From positions 5,380 through 37,379 of the forward strand of contig CAYXWT010000003.1 in NCBI GenBank assembly GCA_964468895.1: a stretch of 32,000 nucleotides of DNA, given 5' to 3'. The DNA is from an uncultured archaeon. Lineage in GTDB: Archaea; Iainarchaeota; Iainarchaeia; Iainarchaeales; CSSED10-239. The first letter of the stretch is position 1. Every line of letters begins with the position of its first letter. Below, in pieces: positions 9,205-16,602 of the stretch. The translations under genes were made by a program, and so were the position numbers. The notes beneath the pieces are model-generated. The model worked only from the letters and a program-made list of their open reading frames with translations, ran no database searches and was not told where the DNA came from.

Positions 9205-10324
9205 AATAATTATGAATTTAAATAAAAATTTAGATTTAAGTAAATTTTCTAAAAAGAAAATTGTTGTTGGTGTTTCAGGTGGTGTAGATTCATCTGTAAC
9301 TTTAGCTTTACTTAAAGAAAAAGGTTTTGATCCAATTGCAGTTTATTTACAAATTCCAGTTTGGAATTCTAAAACCAATTGTTTTGAAGTTAGTGGAAAT
9401 TCTCTAAAAAATATAGAGGTAATAAAAAATATTTGTTTAAAATTAAAAATTAATTATTATATTTTAGATACAAGTAAAGATTTTGAAAAGATTGTAATAA
9501 ACTATTTTTTAAAAGAATATAAAAGTATTAGAACTCCTAATCCATGTGTTTTCTGTAATAGATATTTTAAATTTAAATATTTATTAGATTTTGCTAATAA
9601 AAATAAAATTTATTTTATAGCTACAGGGCACTATTCTAAAATTTTATTTTCTAAGAAAGAAAATACCTATAAATTATATAAGGCAAAAGATAATTTTAAA
9701 GATCAAAGTTATGGATTATCTTTACTGACTTCTAATCAACTTAAAAGAATTAAATTTCCTTTAGGTAATTATAGTAAAAAACAAATTTACTTATTTGCAG
9801 AAAAATATAATTTTAATATTTTTAAAAATGAAAGACAAAGTCAAGATATTTGTTTTCTTAAAAATTCTAATGTTAATGATTATTTATCTAAAAATATTCC
9901 TAAAAAAAAAGGCCCTATCATAGATCTAAAAAACAATTGTGTTGGAAAGCACAATGGTCTTTTTTTATATACTATAGGCCAAAGAAGAGGTATAGGTTTA
10001 TCTAAAATAAGTTATGTTTATAGATTTGACATATCTAAAAACCAATTAATAATTACAAATAATAAAGACGATATAAAATGTACTGAAGTTTATTTAAAAG
10101 ATTATAATTTTATTAATAATATAATTCTAACTAAACCAGAAAACTTTATGTGTAAAATAAGATATAAACATGATGCTTGTAAAGCAAAGATATTCCCACC
10201 TATAAATCATAAACTTAAAGTTGTTTTTAGTAAACCTCAAAGTTTAGTAGCTACAGGACAATATTTTGTATTTTATAAAAAAAATTGGTGTGTAGGTTGT
10301 GGAGTTGTTGAAAATTATAACTAA
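9194..10324 (+). CDS. mnmA: tRNA-specific 2-thiouridylase MnmA (bacterial/mitochondrial type)
   Basis: The PP-loop is VGVSGGVDSSV. NPCVFCNRYFKF (first catalytic Cys region), ATGHY, KDQSYGL and SQDICF (second Cys) match MnmA. ATG 9194 overlaps the thiI stop by 11 nt; an alternative ATG lies at 9212. Confidence 0.85.
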   Translation: MIFRIIMNLNKNLDLSKFSKKKIVVGVSGGVDSSVTLALLKEKGFDPIAVYLQIPVWNSKTNCFEVSGNSLKNIEVIKNICLKLKINYYILDTSKDFEKIVINYFLKEYKSIRTPNPCVFCNRYFKFKYLLDFANKNKIYFIATGHYSKILFSKKENTYKLYKAKDNFKDQSYGLSLLTSNQLKRIKFPLGNYSKKQIYLFAEKYNFNIFKNERQSQDICFLKNSNVNDYLSKNIPKKKGPIIDLKNNCVGKHNGLFLYTIGQRRGIGLSKISYVYRFDISKNQLIITNNKDDIKCTEVYLKDYNFINNIILTKPENFMCKIRYKHDACKAKIFPPINHKLKVVFSKPQSLVATGQYFVFYKKNWCVGCGVVENYN

Positions 10325-10441
10325 AAAACCTATTTTGAAATAGATTTATTTTAAGATTTTTTCAAATTTAGTTTTTCTAAAGGTGTATTACAAAACACCT
10401 AAATGTAATGCTTTTTTAAATATTTAGGCTTATATATATTT

Positions 10442-10951
10442 ATGAAACTGGTAATTAGTGATGCATCAACTTTAATACTTTTAACAAAATCAGAACTTAT
10501 ATTGCCGTTACTATCTAAATTTAAAATTATTATACCTAATGAAGTATATTTAGAAATATTAAAAGGTAAGGAAAAAGGAAAACAAGATGCTTATCAAATA
10601 GATTATTTGGTTAAACAAAATAAAATTCTAATAAAACAACCTAAAGAGGAAACAGTAAGTTTAATAAACAATTTATGTGTTTTAGATATTGGAGAACTTT
10701 ATGCTATTGCTTTAGCAAAAGATCTTAATTTAAGTATATTAATTGATGATAAAAAAGGCATTAATACTTGTAATTTATTTAATATTTATTTTTTAACTGC
10801 TTTACAAATCTTAAAGTTATTATATAAACATAAATTTGTTAGTAAAGCAAAAGCATTAAATTCATTATATAATTTAAAGAAAAATGGACGTTATAAAGAA
10901 AATGAAGTAAAAATAATTTATGATTTTTTAAAAGGTGGTTATTATGAATAA
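10442..10951 (+). CDS. PIN-like nuclease toxin candidate (DUF3368 / COG2405 type)
   Basis: 169 aa. The N-terminus LVISDASTLILL has an acidic residue in the first strand, as in PIN domains. GELYAIALAKDLN..ILIDDKKG matches the DUF3368 core (GE-x-x-x-I-x-L-A ... L-I/L-D-D). Confidence 0.68.
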   Translation: MKLVISDASTLILLTKSELILPLLSKFKIIIPNEVYLEILKGKEKGKQDAYQIDYLVKQNKILIKQPKEETVSLINNLCVLDIGELYAIALAKDLNLSILIDDKKGINTCNLFNIYFLTALQILKLLYKHKFVSKAKALNSLYNLKKNGRYKENEVKIIYDFLKGGYYE

Positions 10952-11327
10952 AAAATATTCTTCAATAAGTTTAAGATTAGAAAATGATTTGGTAGAAAAA
11001 ATAGAACAAGTTTCTAGATTAGAAGATATTGAAAAATCAGTAATTTATAGACAATCTATAAAGAAAGGTATAAAAGAAATATTAAAAGAGTTAGCAATTA
11101 AATTGTATGTTGAAGAAAAACTAACAATATCAGGTGCTGCAAGACTATCTGATATGTATATAGGAGATTTTATGGAGCTTCTAGGAAAAAGAGGTATTAA
11201 AAATGAACTTCCTGATGAATATATGAGAATGGCAGATAAGAATGCGGAAAAACTATTTAAAAAAATTAACAAACTAAATTCTCCTAAAAAGAAAGTCATT
11301 TATAAGGTTAATAAATACAAAAAATAA
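10944..11327 (+). CDS. antitoxin candidate: ribbon-helix-helix N-terminus fused to a UPF0175 (COG2886) domain
   Basis: ISLRLENDLVEKIEQVSRLEDIEKSVIYRQSIKKGI has a CopG/RHH-like strand-helix-helix pattern. LAIKLYVEEKLTISGAARLSDMYIGDFMELLGKRGI matches UPF0175. ATG 10944 is preceded by AAGGTGG and overlaps the PIN stop as ATGAATAA. The track start is GTG 10935. Confidence 0.68.
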   Translation: MNKKYSSISLRLENDLVEKIEQVSRLEDIEKSVIYRQSIKKGIKEILKELAIKLYVEEKLTISGAARLSDMYIGDFMELLGKRGIKNELPDEYMRMADKNAEKLFKKINKLNSPKKKVIYKVNKYKK

Positions 11328-11600
11328 TTATTTATTAAAAAGTATATTTATTATAGCTCCTTAGAATATTTTTTATTTTTTAAAAATTTGATATCTAAAA
11401 TTAACTTACTTAATACTTTGAAAAAAATACTTGTTAATTAAAAAAGAAAGGTGTTATCCAAAAATATTGTTTTGGCAATGCAATTTTATTATTATAATAA
11501 ATAAAAAGTATATTTAAAGTATTATGTGCTATTATATATATTAAGTTCAATATTATATTTTAAACATAAAAAATAATATCTAATATTTAGTTGTGGTAAA

Positions 11601-12812
11601 ATGTCTGAAAATATATTTTATGAAATAATAAATCAAGATTCTGTTTTTATAGATAAAAACAAAATTTCACCACATTATGCACCTGAAAAACTACTTTTTA
11701 GAGATTCAGAAATAAAAAATTTATCTTTATGGTTAGCTCCAGCTTTAAAAAACGCAAAACCACATAATGTTTTTATTTATGGTAAAGTTGGTACTGGTAA
11801 AACAACAGTAGTAAGACATGTTGTAAGTCAACTTGAAGATTTTGCAAAACAAAAATCTTTACCTTTAAGTACTGTTTATTTAAATTGTAGAAATTATCAA
11901 ACTAAATATGCAATTTTAATATATTGTGTACAATTATTTTATCCTAATCAAAACTTTTTTGGATATTCTAAATCTTTTGTTTATGATAAATTTTTAAAAT
12001 ATATTCAAGAAAAACAATTAAACTTTGTAATAACTTTAGATGAAATTGATAAAATTAAAGAGAAAGAAGTAGATGATTTAATATACAGTTTAAGTAGATC
12101 TAATGATGAGATTGGAATTGGTTCTGTTTCTATTATTGGTATCTCTAACAATTTATTTTTTAAAACTAAATTAGATCCTAGAACTAAAAGTTCACTTTGT
12201 GAACAAGAAGCGGTGTATGCACCTTATAATGCTGAACAATTAAAAGAAATTTTAAAACAAAGAGTTGAACTTGCTTTTAAAAGTAATGTAGTTGAAGAGT
12301 CTGCAATTAATGTTGCAGCAGCTTTAGCTGCTAAAGAAAGTGGGGATGCAAGAACTGCTGTAATGCTTCTTTTAAGAGCAGGTGAGTTAGCAGATATTAA
12401 TAAAGCTAGTAAAGTATATGATAGTGATGTAGTTAAAGCTAAAGAAAAAGTAGAAGTAGAAGTTATGAAAAGTATGCTGTTAACACTTCCTATTCAATTA
12501 CAATTAGTTTTACTTGCTATAGCTAAACAATCTTTAAAACCAAGAGGTATACTTAAAATTACTGGTCAATTAGATTCTAATGTTCTTTATTCTGGAGAAG
12601 TTTATGAAAAATATGAAGATCAATGTAAAATTTATTCCGAAAAATGTGTTTCTATTAGATGGTTTAGAGAATATATTAATGAACTAGAAATTTATGGTTT
12701 TATTACAACAACTCTTTCAGGAAAAGGTATTAAAGGTAACACTACACTAATAAAATTAGGTGTAAATTCTAAGTTGTTGGTTAATATGATTTTAAAAGAA
12801 TTTAATTCTTAG
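11601..12812 (+). CDS. orc1: Orc1/Cdc6 replication initiator (AAA+ plus winged helix), paralog 1
   Basis: 403 aa. Motifs are Walker A YGKVGTGKTT, Walker B LDEIDK, GISNN (sensor 1), LDPRTKSSL, GDARTAVMLLLRAGE and a C-terminal winged helix. Confidence 0.9.
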   Translation: MSENIFYEIINQDSVFIDKNKISPHYAPEKLLFRDSEIKNLSLWLAPALKNAKPHNVFIYGKVGTGKTTVVRHVVSQLEDFAKQKSLPLSTVYLNCRNYQTKYAILIYCVQLFYPNQNFFGYSKSFVYDKFLKYIQEKQLNFVITLDEIDKIKEKEVDDLIYSLSRSNDEIGIGSVSIIGISNNLFFKTKLDPRTKSSLCEQEAVYAPYNAEQLKEILKQRVELAFKSNVVEESAINVAAALAAKESGDARTAVMLLLRAGELADINKASKVYDSDVVKAKEKVEVEVMKSMLLTLPIQLQLVLLAIAKQSLKPRGILKITGQLDSNVLYSGEVYEKYEDQCKIYSEKCVSIRWFREYINELEIYGFITTTLSGKGIKGNTTLIKLGVNSKLLVNMILKEFNS

Positions 12813-12820
12813 TTTTTTTT
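12813..12820 (+). terminator. oligo-T tract (T8) immediately after the orc1 stop; candidate archaeal intrinsic terminator
   Basis: TAG at 12810-12812 is followed directly by TTTTTTTT. Archaeal RNA polymerase is known to terminate at oligo-T runs. Confidence 0.4.
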
Positions 12821-12832
12821 AAATCTCATTTG

Positions 12833-12882
12833 TAATTCTTTTTATTAACAATTGTATTATAATTCTTTTTATTAATAATTGT
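12833..12882. repeat. two direct copies of a 23-bp element (TAATTCTTTTTATTAA[C/T]AATTGT), period 27 bp
   Basis: Copy 1 is at 12833-12855 and copy 2 at 12860-12882, with 22/23 identity. A third partial copy (TTAATTCTT) lies at 12802-12810 in the last codons of orc1. Confidence 0.7.
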
Positions 12883-12916
12883 TAGTTATAATAAAATTTT
12901 TTAAAGTGATGTTCTT

Positions 12917-13127
12917 ATGTTTGTAAAAAATAAAAAAGTTATTTCAACAATAATTGCCGTAGTGATATTAATATTAGTTTCAGTATCCTAATGGAGATGG
13001 AATTGCAAGTTGGATTTATACTATAGAGTATCCTACTTGGGGAAGTTATGATTATAACATTTGTGTTTCAGACATTTATGGTTCTTATTGTACTCTTATA
13101 GAAAATATAGCGTGTGATGAATGGTAA
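12917..13127 (+). pseudogene. frame-disrupted small pilin-like gene (class III signal-peptide-like N-terminus)
   Basis: 12917-12991 encodes MFVKNKKVISTIIAVVILILVSVS then a stop. From 12987 a shifted frame stays open to TAA 13125-13127 and encodes PNGDGIASWIYTIEYPTWGSYDYNICVSDIYGSYCTLIENIACDEW. The N-terminus resembles the KKAISPLIATILLV pilins at 25.2-26.8 kb. Confidence 0.4.
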
Positions 13128-13228
13128 CTTATTTCATTTTTTCTATTTTTTCTTTTTTAGTTATATTTTTATACTCTAATTGTTATTAATATATATAATG
13201 TATATTAAAAAGTTAAAAATGATGATTT

Positions 13229-13768
13229 ATGCCTGTTCAAAAACAACTTGTTGATTCTATTAGAGTTAAAATATTATCTGCTATGACTAAAAAAAAAGCT
13301 ATCACTCCTAATATTAAACAAATTAAAAAATATACAGGCTTTCATAGAACTACTATTAAATCTTCTATTAATTTTCTTGAAGAAAATAATTTTATAAATG
13401 GATATAGACCTTTACTTGATGCAGAAAAAGCAGGTTATAAATTAAAAACCAATACTTATTTACAAATTGATTTAGCCGATAAACAAAAATTTAAAGAATT
13501 TACTAAAATAGTTGATAAGGATCCTAATGTTATTAATTGTTCACAAGTTATTACCGATGAATATACTAATGTTTCTATGTCTTATCTTTCTAAAAGTGTA
13601 GAAGATTATTATTCTAATATTCAACAAAAATATTATTTGAGCATTCCTAAGATTTTTGATTTTGTAAATAAAAGAACTATTTATTATTTAACTAATCCTT
13701 ATTATAAAAACAATAATGAAGTTGACACTGTTATTAATCTTTTAAAAAAAGAAAGAGGATTAGATTAA
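13229..13768 (+). CDS. winged-helix transcription regulator, Lrp/AsnC-like, with a C-terminal extension
   Basis: 179 aa. VKILSAMTKKKAITPNIKQIKKYTGFHRTTIKSSINFLEENNFINGYRPLLDAEKAGYKL follows the HTH then G-Y ... D-x-x-K-x-G-Y pattern of Lrp/AsnC regulators. The remainder is divergent. Confidence 0.5.
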   Translation: MPVQKQLVDSIRVKILSAMTKKKAITPNIKQIKKYTGFHRTTIKSSINFLEENNFINGYRPLLDAEKAGYKLKTNTYLQIDLADKQKFKEFTKIVDKDPNVINCSQVITDEYTNVSMSYLSKSVEDYYSNIQQKYYLSIPKIFDFVNKRTIYYLTNPYYKNNNEVDTVINLLKKERGLD

Positions 13769-13770
13769 AT

Positions 13771-14568
13771 ATGGATTTAGAAATTAGTTATAAACTTACT
13801 GTTGGAAAAAATGCTGATAACAAATATAAATTAAAACTAAAATATGAAAATAAAATTAAAGGTTTAGATATAGCTATTGCAAATACTAGCAAAAAACTTG
13901 AAATTTTAAATAAAAATATAGATTCTAAAACTGAAAATATCAAATTTAGAAAATTAGAAAATATTTCTAAAGAGTGGTATGAAAAGTTTAGATGGTTTTT
14001 TACATTTAATAATAGTTTAGTTATTGGTGGTAAAGATTCTAAAAATAATGAGGTTGTAGTAAAAAAACATTTAGATGATAATGATTTATATTTTCATGCA
14101 GATATTAATGGTGCACCTCATATGGTTTTAAAAAACCCACAAACTTTAGATTTAGAAGAAAGAAAAGAATGTGCCATTTTTGCTGCAAGTTATTCTTCAG
14201 CTTGGAAAAGTAAAATATTTTCTTTAGATGTTTATTCTGTTAAATCTGATCAAGTTAGTAAAACTGCAAATCCTGGTGAATCTTTAGGAAAAGGAGCTTT
14301 TGTAATTAGAGGTAAAAGAGAATATTTTAGAAATGTAGATGTAAAATTAGCTATAGGTTATAATGCAATTTTAAAAAAAATAGTTTGTGGTCCAGTAAAA
14401 TCTATTGAAAAAAGTTGTGATACTTTTTATGTGATAATACCTGGAGATACTAAAAAGTCAGATGTTGCAAAAATACTTAAAACCAAATTTGAAAATAAAG
14501 AAATATCAGTTCGTTTAGATAATTTAATTGCTATTCTTCCTTCTGGAGATACTAACATTGTTAAATAA
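13771..14568 (+). CDS. NFACT-family protein (RqcH/Rqc2-like) holding only the coiled-coil, NFACT-R (DUF814) and C-terminal parts
   Basis: 265 aa. WYEKFRWFFTFNNSLVIGGKDSKNNEVVVKKHLDDNDLYFHADINGAPHMVLKN is a clear NFACT-R/DUF814 signature. Canonical archaeal NFACT proteins are roughly 600-700 aa with an N-terminal NFACT-N domain, which is absent here. Confidence 0.75.
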   Translation: MDLEISYKLTVGKNADNKYKLKLKYENKIKGLDIAIANTSKKLEILNKNIDSKTENIKFRKLENISKEWYEKFRWFFTFNNSLVIGGKDSKNNEVVVKKHLDDNDLYFHADINGAPHMVLKNPQTLDLEERKECAIFAASYSSAWKSKIFSLDVYSVKSDQVSKTANPGESLGKGAFVIRGKREYFRNVDVKLAIGYNAILKKIVCGPVKSIEKSCDTFYVIIPGDTKKSDVAKILKTKFENKEISVRLDNLIAILPSGDTNIVK

Positions 14569-14569
14569 A

Positions 14570-14577
14570 TTTTTTTT
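14570..14577 (+). terminator. oligo-T tract (T8) 1 nt after the NFACT gene stop
   Basis: TAA at 14566-14568 is followed by A and then TTTTTTTT. Confidence 0.4.
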
Positions 14578-14648
14578 ATTTATGACTAGCTTAGAAATAA
14601 AAATACTATTGAACTGGTAGGGATTTAGGGATTTAGATATAATCTATA

Positions 14649-14680
14649 TTTTAATTATGGCGAATTTGCCATAATTAAAA
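14649..14680. repeat. perfect 13-bp inverted repeat (hairpin) with a 6-nt loop
   Basis: TTTTAATTATGGC (14649-14661), GAATTT, GCCATAATTAAAA (14668-14680). It lies in the 556-bp noncoding region. Confidence 0.8.
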
Positions 14681-14968
14681 GTAAAGTTGGACTTAATAGT
14701 TATAAAATTAGTTATGAATAGAAAAACAAAATATATTCTTGTGAAGCTGATGTTTTAAATGTTGCTTTATTTAGATGTATTGTTAAAATTATTAAATAAA
14801 TATATTTTTTTAAAAATAACTACTTCTTAAACTTTGCTATGGCCAAGTAGTTGGCTAAGAAATAGAAATATTATTGAGTTTATAGAAAATAATTAATAAT
14901 AAAAATTTTAATTCCATCGAATTCGAGGGGTTTAGAAAGAATATTATATTAGATAACTTTATTTTTAG

Positions 14969-15100
14969 TCATAATTTTGACTTATAACTTGTATTTTTAG
15001 TCAAAAAAATGATTTTTAAGATATTTTTTAATTGAATATTGTGTTTAAATCATAATTTTGACTTATAATGTGTGTTTTTAGTCAAAAAAATAACTTTTTA
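14969..15100 (+). repeat. two direct copies of a roughly 52-bp element 81 bp apart, upstream of and overlapping the annotated 5' end of the ATPase gene; candidate operator/promoter repeats
   Basis: Copy 1 from 14969 is TCATAATTTTGACTTATAACTTGTATTTTTAGTCAAAAAAATGATTTTTAA. Copy 2 from 15050 is TCATAATTTTGACTTATAATGTGTGTTTTTAGTCAAAAAAATAACTTTTTAA. Identity is about 87 percent by eye. Each copy contains alternating AGTC/GACT half-sites (TTTTTAGTC occurs three times). Confidence 0.75.
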
Positions 15101-15124
15101 AACTGTTCTGTATATAATATAATT

Positions 15125-16405
15125 ATGGATGAGTTTGAATGCATTTCTTTTTTCGAAAACCACAAAAAAGAATTGGTTAAAAGTGTAGAAAATTATAATA
15201 AAAGATTAATAGTAAATGATATTGAAAAAGAAATTGTTGATTTTGAAAATGGAAGTAATAGAATTTTTATTTATTATGGTCTTAGAGGTATTGGAAAATC
15301 AACAGCCTTATATCAAATAATATCTAAATACCCAAATTGTTTATTTATTGATGGTTCTACTATTAGAGAACTAAAAGTAGATTTTTTAAAATTAATTACA
15401 GAATACAAAAAACTAAAGAATTACAATGTGCTTTTAATAGATGAGATTAATGATATACCAAATTGGGGTAATTATTTAAAAACCTTTCAAGATATTTTAG
15501 GACTAAAAGTAATTGCTACAGGTTCATCAGCAATTAAAATATCTGCTCAAAAAAAAGAAATATTAAGAAGAGCAAGATTTAAAGAAATGCAACCTCTTTC
15601 ATTTAAAGAATATTTAAATATAAAGTATAATATAAATATAAATATTAATAAAGAGATAATTGAGACTATATTTTCAGAACCAAAAGATGCTTACCAAAAA
15701 GCTAAGCTTTTAATATTAAAAATAAAAGAAGATGATCCAAATATATGGATTCATTTTAGAGAATTTATATTTAATGGATTTCCACAATCCTTTAAAAATT
15801 TGAATATTGATGAGTGTGCTGATCAGATAATAGATAAAATCATTTTAAATGATTTTCCAGAAATTTCAGGATTTAATCTTACAAGTATTAAAAAAGCAAA
15901 AATGATAATTACTGCATTTTCACTTTATAAACCAGGTGACTTTTCATATGATACAATTGCTAGCAATTATTCATTATCTAAAAATACTGTTGTAGAAATA
16001 ATTAATTCATTTGTAGTGTCTTCATTATTAATTGAAACATTTACTAGTTCCAGTTTTGCAAATAAATTTAGAAAAAAAAGTAAATTTATATTTAGTTCAT
16101 CTGCTATTAGATATGGTTTAATGAAAAAACATCCTGGAGTTGACCAAAATATAGGTTTTTTAAGAGAAGATAGTTTTGTTAGTGCTATGTATTACAATGG
16201 CATAGATGTTACTTATTTAAAAGATGGACGAAAGCAACCAGATTATTTAATTATAAAAGATGGAAAAAGATCTATAATTGAAATTGGTGGCCCTTCAAAA
16301 AACACAAAACAATTACAAAAAGGTTTTTTATTAAAAGATAGTGATGTTGTTGATGTAATTGGAGATATTTGTATACTTCCTTTATATTTAGTAAATTTAA
16401 TTTAA
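15125..16405 (+). CDS. AAA+ ATPase of the COG1373 type (AAA_14 + DUF4143-like) with a possible C-terminal PD-(D/E)xK-like module
   Basis: Walker A-like is GLRGIGKST and Walker B is LLIDEIN. The C-terminus PDYLIIKDGKRSIIEIGG resembles the D ... E-x-K nuclease-like tail of this family. The track start, ATG 15068, lies inside repeat copy 2; ATG 15125 (MDEFECISFF) is the more likely start. Confidence 0.68.
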   Translation: MDEFECISFFENHKKELVKSVENYNKRLIVNDIEKEIVDFENGSNRIFIYYGLRGIGKSTALYQIISKYPNCLFIDGSTIRELKVDFLKLITEYKKLKNYNVLLIDEINDIPNWGNYLKTFQDILGLKVIATGSSAIKISAQKKEILRRARFKEMQPLSFKEYLNIKYNINININKEIIETIFSEPKDAYQKAKLLILKIKEDDPNIWIHFREFIFNGFPQSFKNLNIDECADQIIDKIILNDFPEISGFNLTSIKKAKMIITAFSLYKPGDFSYDTIASNYSLSKNTVVEIINSFVVSSLLIETFTSSSFANKFRKKSKFIFSSSAIRYGLMKKHPGVDQNIGFLREDSFVSAMYYNGIDVTYLKDGRKQPDYLIIKDGKRSIIEIGGPSKNTKQLQKGFLLKDSDVVDVIGDICILPLYLVNLI

Positions 16406-16602
16406 TATTTTTGTTTATTAGTTATAATTTATTTATATTAATATATATCATCTTATATTTAGATTTTTTTTAGGAAAATTTAAAATGTAAACTCTAACAA
16501 AATTAGGGTTTTATTTTTATAAGACATTTTTATAAATGCATTCTTACATAATTATATATTATAATATTGTTAATTAAATTCTAATTTTTAGATGTGATTT
16601 AT

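Noticed and set aside
10381-10400. Hairpin AGGTGT-ATTACAAA-ACACCT between mnmA and the PIN gene as a riboswitch or terminator
   Set aside because: It has only a 6-bp stem with no adjacent conserved elements. It may be a minor terminator or operator, but there is not enough evidence to call it a feature.
11045-11299. 84-aa - strand ORF inside the UPF0175 antitoxin gene
   Set aside because: It is antisense to a CDS with clear family motifs. Its Ser/Phe/Ile-rich low-complexity translation is typical of the reverse frame of Lys/Glu-rich genes.
15627-15650. AATATA-type microsatellite inside the ATPase gene (encodes NINININ)
   Set aside because: It is a short, in-frame, low-complexity run typical of Asn/Ile-rich proteins in this genome and is not a distinct repeat feature.
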